The translations under genes were made by a program, and so were the position numbers. The notes under the pieces are model-generated. The model had not been told where the DNA came from. It did no database searches and saw nothing but the letters and a program-made list of their open reading frames with translations. This document shows positions 31,938-45,700 of a stretch of DNA of 64,000 bases, piece after piece. The stretch covers positions 186,001-250,000 of the forward strand of contig NIVC01000509.1 of the NCBI GenBank assembly GCA_002269645.1. The letters are read 5' to 3'. Positions within the stretch are counted from its first letter, which is position 1, and every line of letters starts with the position of its first letter. This DNA comes from Macrostomum lignano. Taxonomy: Eukaryota.

Positions 31938-33990
31938 GTGGTAGATTGTGTCTATGGCTTTGAGGCTAGGCAATGGTAGATTGTGTCTATGGCTTTGAGG
32001 CTAGGCAATGGTAGATTGTGTCTATGGCTTTGAGGCTAGGCAATGGTAGATTGTGTCTATGGCTTTGAGGCTAGGCAATGGTAGATTGTGTCTATGGCTT
32101 TGAGGCTAGGCAATGGTAGATTGTGTCTATGGCTTTGAGGCTAGGCAATGGTAGATTGTGTCTATGGCTTTGAGGCTAGGCAATGGTAGATTGTGTCTAT
32201 GGCTTTGAGGCTAGGCAATGGTAGATTGTCTATGGCTTTGAGGCTAGGCAATGGTAGATTGTGTCTATGGCTTTGAGGCTAGGCAATGGTAGATTGTCTA
32301 TGGCTTTGAGGCTAGGCAATGGTAGATTGTGTCTATGGCTTTGAGGCTAGGCAATGGTAGATTGTGTCTATGGCTTTGAGGCTAGGCAATGGTAGATTGT
32401 GTCTATGGCTTTGAGGCTAGGCAATGGTAGATTGTGTCTATGGCTTTGAGGCTAGGCAATGGTAGATTGTGTCTATGGCTTTGAGGCTAGGCAATGGTAG
32501 ATTGTGTCTATGGCTTTGAGGCTAGGCAATGGTAGATTGTGTCTATGGCTTTGAGGCTAGGCAATGGTAGATTGTGTCTATGGCTTTGAGGCTAGGCAAT
32601 GGTAGATTGTCTATGGCTTTGAGGCTAGGCAATGGTAGATTGTGTCTATGGCTTTGAGGCTAGGCAATGGTAGATTGTCTATGGCTTTGAGGCTAGGCAA
32701 TGGTAGATTGTGTCTATGGCTTTGAGGCTAGGCAATGGTAGATTGTGTCTATGGCTTTGAGGCTAGGCAATGGTAGATTGTCTATGGCTTTGAGGCTAGG
32801 CAATGGTAGATTGTCTATGGCTTTGAGGCTAGGCAATGGTAGATTGTCTATGGCTTTGAGGCTAGGCAATGGTAGATTGTCTATGGCTTTGAGGCTAGGC
32901 AATGGTAGATTGTCTATGGCTTTGAGGCTAGGCAATGGTAGATTGTCTATGGCTTTGAGGCTAGGCAATGGTAGATTGTCTATGGCTTTGAGGCTAGGCA
33001 ATGGTAGATTGTCTATGGCTTTGAGGCTAGGCAATGGTAGATTGTCTATGGCTTTGAGGCTAGGCAATGGTAGATTGTCTATGGCTTTGAGGCTAGGCAA
33101 TGGTAGATTGTCTATGGCTTTGAGGCTAGGCAATGGTAGATTGTGTCTATGGCTTTGAGGCTAGGCAATGGTAGATTGTCTATGGCTTTGAGGCTAGGCA
33201 ATGGTAGATTGTCTATGGCTTTGAGGCTAGGCAATGGTAGATTGTGTCTATGGCTTTGAGGCTAGGCAATGGTAGATTGTCTATGGCTTTGAGGCTAGGC
33301 AATGGTAGATTGTGTCTATGGCTTTGAGGCTAGGCAATGGTAGATTGTGTCTATGGCTTTGAGGCTAGGCAATGGTAGATTGTGTCTATGGTTGTGGAGT
33401 CAGACAGTGGTAGATTGTGTCTATGGTTGTGGAGTCAGACATTGGTAGATTGTGTCTATGGTTTTGGGGGGGGGCAGACAATGATAGATGGGCAGACAAT
33501 GATAGATTGTGTTTATGGTTTTGCGGGGGCAGACAATGATAGATGGGCAGACAATGATAGATTGTGTTTATGGTTTTGTGGGGGCAGACAATGGTAGATT
33601 GTGTCTATGGTTTTGGGGGGGGGGCAGACAATGGCAGATTGTGTCTATGGTTTTGGGGGGGGCAGACAATGGCAGATTGTGTCTATGGTTTGGGGGGGGG
33701 CAGACAATGGCAGATTGTGTCTATGGTTTTGGGGGGGGGCAGAAAATGGTAGGTTGTGTCTATGGTTTTGGGGGGGGGGCAGACTGGTAGATTGTGTCTA
33801 TGGTTTTGGGGGGGGCAGACAATGATAGATTGTGTCTATAGTTTTGGGGGCAGACAATGATAGATTGTGTCTATCGTTTTGGAGTCAGACAATGGTAGAT
33901 TGTGTCTATGGTTTTGGGGAAGGCAGACAATGGTAGATTGTGTCTATATTTTGGGAGGGCAGATAATGGTAGATTGTGTCTATGGTTTTA
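31938..33990. repeat. 33/35-bp minisatellite (GGTAGATTG[TG]TCTATGGCTTTGAGGCTAGGCAAT)n, degrading into a poly-G variant after about 33385
   Basis: A homogeneous block followed by divergent units. Confidence 0.97.
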
Positions 33991-34455
33991 TAATTAAAAA
34001 ATACAGCTTGAAAAATATGAGCTGAATTTTCTGGCTTAATCCAGCAGATCTAATGTGCATGTCTTGAATTGGATTCAACCGATTTGAGACAGTGTCGGCT
34101 CTATTAACGAGCAAATGAACCGCGCACTCTCTCTAACAGCAGGCTGGATTAATCTGGTGTGAGTAATAAAACGAAAACTTTTTTGTTAAAAAAGGCCACC
34201 AACCAAGGGCGTGCGTGAGTTTGCCTTGCTCAAATAATGTTGGAGAACAATAGTTGGCCGACAGCACGTCGAGTTAAGAGACGCGGAGGATTGCTCACGC
34301 GATGCAGCAGTTTCGGAGCACGTTGTAAAAATATTTTTCTGACGCACAAACTGTTTCCAAAATTAGAACCGAGTGAAGAATATTTCAATTTCTTGGTTTG
34401 CCTTCGACTCTCTAGCCATCAGAAATGATATTTTTCAATTCTCCTGCATCAACAC

Positions 34456-36062
34456 TCCCGTCCAGATTCTCCCGCCCAGATTCTCCCGCCCAGATTCTCC
34501 CGCCCAGATTCTCCCGCCCAGATTCTCCCGCCCAGATTCTCCCGCCCAGATTCTCCCGCCCAGATTCTCCCGCCCAGATTCTCCCGCCAAGATTCTCCCT
34601 CCAAGATTCTCCCGCCAAGATTCTTCCGTCCAGATTCTCCCGCCAAGATTCTCCCTCCAAGATTCTCCCGCCAAGATTCTCCCGCCAAGACTCTCCCGCC
34701 CAGATTCTCCCGCCCAGATTCTCCCGCCCAGATTCTCCCGCCAAGATTCTTCCGTCCAGATTCTCCCGCCAAGATTCTCCCTCCAAGATTCTCCCGCCCA
34801 GATTCTCCCGCCCAGATTCTCCCGTCCAGATTCTCCTGTCCAGATTCTCCCGTCCAGATTCTCCCGTCCAGATTCTCCCGTCCAGATTCTCCCTACAAGA
34901 TTCTCCCTACAAGATTCTTCCGTCCAGATTCTCCCTACAAGATTCTCCCTACAAGATTCTCCCGTCCAGATTCTCCCGTCCAGATTCTCCCTACAAGATT
35001 CTCCCGTCCAGATTTTCCCTACAAGATTCTCCCGTCCAGATTCTCCCGCCCAGATTCTCCCGTCCAGATTCTCCCGTCCAGATTCTCCCGACAAGATTCT
35101 CCCGCCAAGATTCTCCCGTCCAGATTCTACCGACAAGATTCTCCCGTCCAGATTCTCCCGACAAGATTCTCCCGTCCAGATTCTCCCGTCCAGATTCTCC
35201 CGTCCAGATTCTCCCACCCAGATTCTCCCGCCAAGATTCTCCCGTCCAGATTCTCCCACCCAGATTCTCCCGCCAAGATTCTCCCGTCCAGATTCTCCCG
35301 CCAAGATTCTCCCGTCCAGATTCTCCCGCCCAGATTCTCCCGCCAAGACTCTCCCGTCCAGATTCTCCCGTCCAGATTCTCCCTACAAGATTCTCCCGTC
35401 CAGATTCTCCCGTCCAGATTCTCCCGTCCAGATTCTCCCGTCCAGATTCTCCCGTCCAGATTCTCCCGTCCAGATTCTCCCGTCCAGATTCTCCCGTCCA
35501 GATTCTCCCGCCAAGACTCTCCCGTCCAGATTCTCCCGTCCAGATTCTCCCGTCCAGATTCTCCCTACAAGATTCTCCCGTCGAGATTCTCCCTACAAGA
35601 TTCTCCCGTCCAGATTCTCCGCCCAGATTCTCCCACCAAGATTCTCCCGTCCAGGTTATCCCATCAAAATTCTCTCGTCCAGATTCCTCCGCCCAGATTC
35701 TCCCGCCCAGATTCTCCCGTCCAGATTCTCCCGCCAAGACTCTCCCGTCCAGATTCTCCCGTCCAGATTCTCCCGTCCAGATTCTCCCGCCAAGACTCTC
35801 CCACCAAGATTCTCCCGTCCATATTCTCCCGCCAAGATTCTCCCGCCAAGATTCTCCCGCCAAGACTCTCCCGCCAAGACTCTCCGCCAAGACTCTCCCG
35901 CCAAGACTCTCCCGCCAAGACTCTCCCGCCAAGACTCTCCCGCCAAGACTCTCCCGCCAAGACTCTCCCGCCAAGACTCTCCCGCCAAGACTCTCCCGCC
36001 AAGACTCTCCCGCCAAGACTCTCCCGCCAAGACTCTCCCGCCAAGACTCTTCCACCAAGAGT
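34456..36062. repeat. 14-bp minisatellite (GATTCTCCCGTCCA/GATTCTCCCGCCAA)n
   Basis: About 110 units; same family as 51745-54378. Confidence 0.97.
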
Positions 36063-36754
36063 CCACCTCACGCACTCTTACTTTGAGTATATTGGTAGCT
36101 ATTTTCCCTTTAAAAAAACAGCATTCGCAGAGCTCGTGCAAAACTCGAACCGGCCCACCTCACTGTTGTACACTACTCGCCTTTACAAGCTAGCGTGTCT
36201 GTACATTGCACTCTGCTCGTGTGGGTAGTGTGGCCGGGTATTTTCATGTGTTTAACAAACTGACTCATTCTATCCTGCTCCCGCAGTAGACAATAAGTGT
36301 TTTGCTATAGGAGCCACTCATAGTCAGGTCTGACCTCTGTTAGACCCTCCCCTCTCTCTCTCTCTCTGCCATTCAGAATAGCTCAGGGAGTGAGAGGTAA
36401 AGCACTTGGATGGATGCGCAAAACTGGCCACTATAAAATAGCATCACATTGTACGAGTTGTTCATTCTATGCATTGAGCCAAGTGTTTCCGCACTGCAAA
36501 AGCAAATCTATATCCGTAGTGTAAATATTTAGAGCAGTCGATTTGCAACTAACCGCAAACTCGCGGCATGTTGAGTTGGGCAGTGTCCAAACTCAGGTTA
36601 GGTAGCTGCTGCACCGTTCTTCCGGTGTCAGCGAAAAATGGTCACAAAGAGCAGCATTTGACCAACTGTCTGGAGTGGACAAGTAAGAAGCATATTTATA
36701 TGATTCCGTTATTTATTGAGGAAACCATAAGCAGGGTGATAGCACCATTCAGTG

Positions 36755-38097
36755 TAGGGTGACAACTCCATCTAGTAGGTGACAACACCATACAGTAGGT
36801 GACAACACCATCCTGCAGTAGGGTGACAACTCCATCCAGTAGGTGACAACACCATACAGTAGGTGACAACACCATACAGTAGGTGACAACACCATCCTGC
36901 AGTAGGGTGACAACTCCATCCAGTAGGTGACAACTCCATCCAGTAGGTGACAACTCCATCCAGTAGGTGACAACTCCATCCAGTAGGTGACAACTCCATC
37001 CAGTAGGTGACAACTCCATCCAGTAGGTGACAACTCCATCCAGTAGGTGACAACACCATACAGTAGGTGACAACACCTTCTTGCAGTAGGGTGGGCGACA
37101 ACTCCATCCAGTAGATGACCACTCCATCCAGTAGGTGACAACACCATACAGTAGGTGACAACACCATCCTGCAGTAGGGTGACAACTCCATCCAGTAGGT
37201 GACAACTCCATCCAATAGGTGACAACTCCATCCAGTAGGTGACAACTCCATCCAGTAGGTGACAACTCCATCCAGTAGGTGACAACACCATCCTGCAGTA
37301 GGGTGACAACTCCATCCAGTAGGTGACAACTCCATCCAGTAGGTGACAACACCATCCTGCAGTAGGGTGACAACTCCATCCAGTAGGTGACAGCTCCATC
37401 CAGTAGGGTGGCAACTCCATCCAGTAGGTGACAACTCCATCCAGTAGGGTGACAACTCCATCCAGTAGGTGACAACTCCATCCAGTATGTGACAACTCCA
37501 TCCAGTATGTGACAACTCCATCCAGTAGGTGACAACTCCATCCAGTATGTGACAACTCCATCCAGTAGGTGACAACTCCATCCAGTAGGTGACAACTCCA
37601 TCCAGTAGGTGACAACTCCATCCAGTAGGTGACAACTCCATCCAGTAGGTGACAACTCCATCCAGTAGGTGACAACTCCATCCAGTAGGTGACAACTCCA
37701 TCCAGTAGGTGACAACTCCATCCAGTAGGTGACAACTCCATCCAGTAGGTGACAACTCCATCCAGTAGGTGACAACTCCATCCAGTAGGTGACAACTCCA
37801 TCCAGTAGGTGACAACTCCATCCAGTAGGTGACAACTCCATCCAGTAGGTGACAACTCCATCCAGTAGGTGACAACTCCATCCAGTATGTGACAACTCCA
37901 TCCAGTAGGTGACAACTCCATCCAGTAGGTGACAACTCCATCCAGTAGGTGACAACTCCATCCAGTAGGTGACAACTCCATCCAGTAGGTGACAACTCCA
38001 TCCAGTAGGTGACAACTCCATCCAGTATGTGACAACTCCATCCAGTATGTGACAACTCCATCCAGTAGGTGACAACTCCATCCAGTATGTGACAACT
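36755..38097. repeat. 20-bp minisatellite (GACAACTCCATCCAGTAGGT)n
   Basis: About 65 units immediately upstream of the glycosyltransferase acceptor and ATG. Confidence 0.97.
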
Positions 38098-38150
38098 CCC
38101 TATTAAGCTGGGAGAAAACTAACCAATCTACCAACAAACTTTTAGCCCAA

Positions 38151-39302
38151 ATGGTTCCCAAGCTGCTCCTGCTGACGGCCTTCTTCACGCTAGTCCTGCT
38201 GCTGTTGCACGGCGGTTTTAATTCAAATCAAACGCCAGAGGCTCGTCAGAATCGCGTAGGCCCAACCACCGCATTTAGAGTACCGCAAGGGTTGAGCACC
38301 AAGCCAACAAAGGGACCGGTTCAGCCGCTAGTGAAAGGAATGAAGTGCGGCGAAGTGCAGCACCGGTTTCCTGACTCTATGCCGCCCATAGTGCACTGGA
38401 CTACAAAGGATGGCCGAGTTCACAAAAAACTCATCAACATTGTACAGTCGTGGCAACTTCTGAACAAGAATTCCTCCATAAAGTGGTACTATATGCACTG
38501 GGACGACTACCAGATCTCTCGGCTAGTGGAGAAGCACTACCCGCAGTTGAGCAAGAGCTACGCAAAACTATCCAACGGTTTGGAGCGGTCTGACATCGGG
38601 CGCCTGGTTGTGCTGCACCACGTTGGCGGCATGTACGTCGATCTGGACGTTGAGCTCCGGCGAGACCTGTCTCCGCTGCTGATGCCCAACAGCGAGAGCC
38701 GAGGTGACAACTCAACCGCCGCGTCTAGCAGCGTCGGGAATTGTCGCACGGCCCTGTGGAGCCAGGAGCCGCCTGAGCACGCCGCTTTCATCTTTAATCG
38801 GCCCAGCTTGATCTCCAACGCCGTTATGATGAGCCGGGCTAATCACAGTTTTTTAAACTACGTGGTCAACACGTGGCCGGCCTGGTTCGAAGCCAACTGG
38901 GCCAAGAAGCGCAGAGGCATTCACCAGGCGATTCACGTGACCGGTCCGGGAATGCTGCAGAATTTCTACGACAAATATGCGGCCATGAGAAAGGCTGAGC
39001 GACCCGACGACTGGTGCAACGAGATGATAGCAGAGCCGGAGATGTTCCAGCCCATCATGGATGAAAACTTCATTCGCTCATGGCTGAGAACCAACTGCGG
39101 CAACAGTGCCAGAATGGCGAGGCTGTCCGAGTCAAAGCAGGAGCATTGTCGTCAAATCAAGTGCGCCAATTTCAAAAACAGAGCCGTGCCGAGCACATCC
39201 TACACTGTGCACAGGTTCATGCACCTGAGCTACGGCGCTATGAAGCTGGACGATTCGGAGTGCATCATGAGAATGCTGCCCATTCTAACATGCACGATTT
39301 GA
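38151..39302 (+). CDS. Type II membrane glycosyltransferase of the DxD sugar-binding/GT32 group (Och1/MIPC-synthase-like), single coding exon, 383 aa
   Basis: N-terminal anchor (LLLLTAFFTLVLLLL), MPPIVHWT (IPKIIHQT-like), ERSDIGRLVVLHHVGGMYVDLDV (D-x-x-R...GGxYxDxD), ISNAVMMS and HVTGPGML motifs. Confidence 0.88.
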   Translation: MVPKLLLLTAFFTLVLLLLHGGFNSNQTPEARQNRVGPTTAFRVPQGLSTKPTKGPVQPLVKGMKCGEVQHRFPDSMPPIVHWTTKDGRVHKKLINIVQSWQLLNKNSSIKWYYMHWDDYQISRLVEKHYPQLSKSYAKLSNGLERSDIGRLVVLHHVGGMYVDLDVELRRDLSPLLMPNSESRGDNSTAASSSVGNCRTALWSQEPPEHAAFIFNRPSLISNAVMMSRANHSFLNYVVNTWPAWFEANWAKKRRGIHQAIHVTGPGMLQNFYDKYAAMRKAERPDDWCNEMIAEPEMFQPIMDENFIRSWLRTNCGNSARMARLSESKQEHCRQIKCANFKNRAVPSTSYTVHRFMHLSYGAMKLDDSECIMRMLPILTCTI

Positions 39303-40682
39303 CACCAAATCCTCTGAAAAAAAAACTGTTTTGTCAGTGTCAGAAGTGAAAAAGAATATATACGCCGACTCTTGTACCGGGGATCCGAATTTTCCCAAAC
39401 TCTATCCCCCAAATTCTACAAGCATTACTATAGCTCATAGATATTTCCAGTTGCTGGTCGAATGATTCATTGTGTATTTTTCTCACTGCTTGTGCCTTAT
39501 GCTGCGTTTGATGTTAAACTCTGCTGAACAATAAAGAGCATTATTCCAAATTGTGTAGATTTATAAAATAACTTTTTATTTGAGTTAATGACGAAATTCA
39601 AACCGCCACTCTAAAAAGTGTGACCCACCGCGGGAGAAGTGATTTGCTACAGTTGGGAGACTGTATTGAGAATGTATTTCAAGCGTGCCTAACTGTGTAG
39701 AAAAGAATGCTCAAAATATGCGAGATTGAACTCATTAAAACAAATAAGTTGCATCAAAGTTGGTTTTTTAGCTGCTTTCATTTTTTGTTTTAGCGATTTA
39801 AAGTGGATAAAAAATGGAAACAAGTACGCCACTGTTAATTGGGTGTTCAGTTTTCAATGTTGCTGTGGAAAATGCTGTCTTAAATTCCAGGATCTGCACC
39901 TTGTATTCCAGTGCTGTCGAATCCAAGATTAACTTCCTCCTATTGTCAATGGGAACAACTCCCTTCCAAACTCATAATGGTGTTGGTGTTGTGTCAAGTC
40001 GCCTCGGTATGGTCTATACAAATTTTTGTTTACAGGAAAAATATGGTAAACTTTGACTCACTCGGTCTACTAAATAAACACTTTACCTTTAGGTAATTAC
40101 TAGCTAAAGTTTTGCCCCCCTTCGGGGAGCAGAAATAATTAATATTCGTCTAATATAATATACCTTTTAGCAGGAGTACTTTAAGTGTTTTTCTTAAGCT
40201 TAAGCTTAAAATAGGAATTTTTGGAGATCGTTAATAACGCATTTTAGGTAAAACAAAACTATCAACTTTTTACAGTTTTTAGTTTAGAGCCCTGTATATG
40301 TCAACGTGTTTGATAAAAATTATTTTTATCATTTTTGATAAAAAATGGCCTTCGGGTGGCCAATAAGCAAGGGACGAATCCTTTTAAATGAAAAAAAATT
40401 CTTAGGGAGGGGGGCTAGGAATCGAATTCTCATTTTAATTCCAGGCTTATGTACCAATAAAACATGTTTGTGCAGAATTTTATAACAGACATTGAAATTC
40501 AACCATACTTGCCTTCTTTCAGAGCTACTTCTACCAGTATGCTTCAGTACGCTACCAGTACCCTTGTAAGCCTTGACATGTCAGCAATCCCCCCCACAAG
40601 CCTTAACATATCAACTCCCCCTTGACATCTCAGCAATGCTCCCACAAGCCTTGAAATCTTAAAAAATCTGTCTATTTTCTAA

Positions 40683-40712
40683 CCCTAACCCTAACCCTAA
40701 CCCTAACCCTAA
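40683..40712. repeat. Perfect (CCCTAA)5 interstitial telomeric tract
   Basis: Five exact TTAGGG-complement units. Confidence 0.9.
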
Positions 40713-41599
40713 AGCATTGAAATTTCAGTAATTCTCTCTAAGAGTCTATAGCACTACTACAGCATTATAGCGATTCCCTGCAAGCCTCGACATCGTAGGG
40801 ATTCCCAAATGAATCTCTTAACTTCGACATGAAGCTTCTTTTTTTTACATTACGCTTTTTCTATCAGCGATCCCTCCCGTGAGGAGCCAACAAATAATGT
40901 AATAACTTTTTTCCAATAAACTACATGTAGCTTCTGACATTAGCCTTGACATCTCATTTATTCCCCCGTGAGCCTTGACATCTCAGCTATAGATAGATAG
41001 ATAGATTCCCCTCGTAAGCCTTGACATGTCAGCGATGCCCCCCATAAACCTTGAAATCTAAAAAATCCCCTGTTAACCTTGAAACGCGCTAAAATCTAAC
41101 CCTCAACCCAAACCTGACGTAAACCTAACTTTCACCCAACCTAAAGCCTTGAAATCACAGCAATTCTTCTTCCCTAAGCCTTGGCATTTAAGTGATTCCT
41201 TCTTTAAGAATCACAGCACTATAACGATTCCCTCCAAGCTTTGACATCGTAGCAATTCCCAAATGAATCTTTTAACTTTGACATGACTTTTATTTTATGT
41301 ATACATAGTGCTCCTTTTATTTTTACATGACTCTTCTTCTATCAGCGCCCCCCCACCGTGGCAAGCCAACAAAGAATGCAATAAAAAACTTAAGTAAAGT
41401 ACATGTACTTTGAAGTAGCTTCTGACTTTTGCTTTAACATCTCAGAAACCCCCCTGTAATCTCAGTTATTCTCTGTGAGCCTTGACGTCTCAGTAATTCT
41501 CCCCAGCACAGCACTGTACTATAGCTTCATTTAATTTTTATATGACATTTCTTTCATGTCTGACATGACGCTTCTTTTGATTTTTACGTTACGCTTCTT

Positions 41600-42575
41600 T
41601 TATTCTTCCATGATGCTTCTTAATTTTTTAAATGACACACTTTCATTAGTTTTTATATGAGGCTTCTATAATTTTTTCATGACGCTTCTATGCTTGTTTA
41701 CATGACGCTTGTATGATTTTTACATGACGCTTCTATGATTGTTTACATGACGCTTGTATGATTGTTTACATGACGCTTCTATGATTTTTTACATGACGCT
41801 TTTATGATTTTTACATGACGCTTCTATGATTTTTTACATGACGCTTCTATGATTTTTACATGACGCTTCTATGATTTTTACATGACGCTTCTATGATTGT
41901 TTACATGACGCTTCTATGATTTTTACATGACGCTTCTATGATTGTTTACATGACGCTTCTATGATTGTTTACATGACGCTTCTATGATTGTATACATGAC
42001 GCTTCTATGATTGTTTACATGACGCTTTTATGATTGTTTACATGACGCTTCTATGATTTTTACATGACGCTTCTATGATTTTTACGTGACGCTTCTATGA
42101 TTGTTTACATGACGCTTCTATGATTGTTTACATGACGCTTCTATGATTTTAACATGACGCTTCTATGATTTTTTTACATGACGCTTCTATGATTGTTTAC
42201 ATGACGCTTGTATGATTGTTTACATGACGCTTGTATGATTTTAACATGACGCTTCTATGATTGTTTACATTACGCTTCTATGATTGCTTGCATGACGCTT
42301 CTATGATTTTTTATGACGCTTTTATGATTTTAACATGACGCTTCTATGATTTTTTTACATGACGCTTCTATGATTGTTTACATGACGCTTGTATGATTGT
42401 TTACATGACGCTTTTATGATTTTAACATGACGCTTCTATGATTGTTTACATTACGCTTCTATGATTTTTACATGACGCTTCTATGATTTTTACATGACGC
42501 TTCTATGATTGTTTACATGACGCTTCTATGATTGTTTACATGACGCTTGTATGATTGTTTACATGACGCTTCCAT
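41600..42575. repeat. 23-25-bp minisatellite (TACATGACGCTTCTATGATTGTT)n
   Basis: About 38 units, with divergence increasing toward the left edge. Confidence 0.96.
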
Positions 42576-42729
42576 AATTTTTTTTGTCTTGGCGTTAAAA
42601 GGCTTTAATTAAAAAAACTCTACTCTCTAAAAATTCGAACCATCGTCCCTGCATTTAGCAGTTTAGTCTGTTTACCTCTAGGCTAGCTCTCATGAATTTT
42701 AGTCATTACCCCTAAATAGAAAATATTCC

Positions 42730-45700
42730 CAAGACAGCAAGCATCCCCCCAGTAGCAAGCATCCCCTAATACTCCTAGCAAGCATCCACCCAGATAGCAA
42801 GCATCTGCAGATAGCAAGCATCTTGCAGATAGCAAGCATCTTGCAGATAGCAAGCATACCCCAAATAATGTAGAAGCATCCTTCCAGATAGCAAGCATCC
42901 TGCACATAGCAAGAATCCCTAAATAGCAAGCATCCCTGGATAGAAATAATCCTATACATGTAGCCAAGCTTATCAAGCGCAGTAATCCTTGGCTATCGAG
43001 TGCAGTAATCCTTGGTTTATTAATAGCAATAATCCATGGCTTATCGAGTGCAGTAATCCTTGGTTTATTAATAGCAATAATCCTTGGCTTATCGAGTGCA
43101 GTAATTCATGGTTTATTAATAGCAATAATCCTTGGCTTATCGAGTGCAGTAATCCTTGGTTTATTAATAGCAATAATCCATGCCTTATCGAGTGCAGTAA
43201 TCCTTGGTTTATTAATAGCAATAATCCTTGGCTTATCGAGTGCAGTAATCCTTGGTTTATTAATAGCAATAATCCATGGCTTATCGAGTGCAGTAATCCT
43301 TGGTTTGCCAAGAGCAATAGTCCTTGGCTTATCGAGTGCAGTAATCCTTGGTTTGCCAAGAGCAATAGTCCTTGGTTTATTGAGTGCAGTAATCCTTGGT
43401 TTATTAATAGCAATAGTCCTTGGTTTATTGAGTGCAGTAATCCTTGGTTTATTAATAGCAATAATACTTGGCTTATCGAGTGCAGTAATCCTTGGTTTGC
43501 CAAGTGCATAATCCTTGGTTTATCGAGTGCAGTAATCCTTGGTTTATTAATAGCAATAATCCTTGGCTTATCGAGTGCAGTAATCCTTGGTTTATTAATA
43601 GCAATAATCCATGGCTTATCGAGTGCAGTAATCCTTGGTTTGCCAAGAGCAATAGTCCTTGGCTTATCGAGTGCAGTAATCCTTGGTTTGCCAAGAGCAA
43701 TAGTCCTTGGTTTATTGAGTGCAGAAATCCTTGGTTTATTAATAGCAATAGTCCTTGGTTTATTGAGTGCAGTAATCCTTGGTTTATTAATAGCAATAAT
43801 CCTTGGCTTATCGAGTGCAGTAATCCTTGGTTTGCCAAGTGCATAATCCTTGGTTTATTAATAGCAATAATCCTTGGCTTATCGAGTGCAGTAATCCTTG
43901 GTTTATTAATAGCAATAATCCTTGGCTTATCGAGTGCAGTAATCCTTGGTTTGCCAAGAGCAATAGTCCTTGGTTTTTTGAGTGCAGTAATCCTTGGTTT
44001 ATTAAGTGCATTAATCCTTGGTTTATTGAGTGCAGTAATGCTTGGTTTATTAATAGCAATAATCCTTGGCTTATCGATTGCAGTAATCCTTGGTTTGCCA
44101 AGTGCATAATCCTTGGTTTATTAATAGCAATAATCCTTGGTTTATCGAGTGCAGTAATCCTTGGTTTGCCAAGAGCAATAGTCCTTGGCTTATCGAGTGC
44201 AGTAATCCTTGGTTTGCCAAGAGCAATAGTCCTTGGTTTATTGAGTGCAGTAATCCTTGGTTTATTAATAGCAATAGTCCTTGGTTTATTGAGTGCAGTA
44301 ATCCTTGGTTTATTAATAGCAATAATCCTTGGCTTATCGAGTGCAGTAATCCTTGGTTTGCCAAGTGCATAATCCTTGGTTTATTAATAGCAATAATCCA
44401 TGGCTTATCGAGTGCAGTAATCCTTGGTTTGCCAAGAGCAATAGTCCTTGGCTTATCGAGTGCAGTAATCCTTGGTTTGCCAAGAGCAATAGTCCTTGGT
44501 TTATTGAGTGCAGTAATCCTTGGTTTATTAATAGCAATAGTCCTTGGTTTATTGAGTGCAGTAATCCTTGGTTTATTAATAGCAATAATCCTTGGCTTAT
44601 CGAGTGCAGTAATCCTTGGTTTATTAATAGCAATAATCCTTGGCTTATCGAGTGCAGTAATCCTTGGTTTATTAATAGCAATAATCCATGGCTTATCGAG
44701 TGCAGTAATCCTTGGTTTGCCAAGAGCAATAGTCCTTGGCTTATCGAGTGCAGTAATCCTTGGTTTGCCAAGAGCAATAGTCCTTGGTTTATTGAGTGCA
44801 GTAATTCATGGTTTATTAATAGCAATAATCCTTGGCTTATCGAGTGCAGTAATCCTTGGTTTATTAATAGCAATAATCCATGCCTTATCGAGTGCAGTAA
44901 TCCTTGGTTTATTAATAGCAATAATCCTTGGCTTATCGAGTGCAGTAATCCTTGGCTTATCGAGTGCAGTAATCCTTGGTTTATTAATAGCAATAATCCT
45001 TGGTTTATCGAGTGCAGTAATGCTTGGTTTATTAATAGCAATAATCCTTGGCTTATCGAGTGCAGTAATCCTTGGTTTATTAATAGCAATAATCCTTGGC
45101 TTATCGAGTGCAGTAATCCTTGGTTTGCCAAGAGCAATAGTCCTTGGTTTTTTGAGTGCAGTAATCCTTGGTTTATTAATAGCAATAGTCCTTGGTTTAT
45201 TGAGTGCAGTAATGCTTGGTTTATTAATAGCAATAATCCTTGGCTTATCGATTGCAGTAATCCTTGGTTTGCCAAGTGCATAATCCTTGGTTTATTAATA
45301 GCAATAATCCTTGGTTTATCGAGTGCAGTAATCCTTAGTTTATTAATAGCAATAATCCTTGGCTTATCGAGTGCAGTAATCCTTGGTTTATTAATAGCAA
45401 TAATCCATGGCTTATCGAGTGCAGTAATCCTTGGTTTGCCAAGAGCAATAGTCCTTGGCTTATCGAGTGCAGTAATCCTTGGTTTGCCAAGAGCAATAGT
45501 CCTTGGTTTATTGAGTGCAGTAATCCTTGGTTTATTAATAGCAATAGTCCTTGGCTTATCGAGTGCAGTAATCCTTGGTTTATTAATAGCAATAATCCTT
45601 GGTTTATCGAGTGCAGTAATCCTTGGTTTATTAATAGCAATAATCCTTGGCTTATCGAGTGCAGTAATCCTTGGTTTATTAATAGCAATAATCCATGGCT

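Noticed and set aside
34373-38188. Long ORFs of 300-600 aa (e.g. 34373-36193, 36696-38081; likewise 51707-53260, 44090-45283, 25013-25906, 27416-28396)
   Set aside because: They are translations of stop-free tandem repeats, open in several frames and on both strands, and several lie inside introns of well-supported genes.
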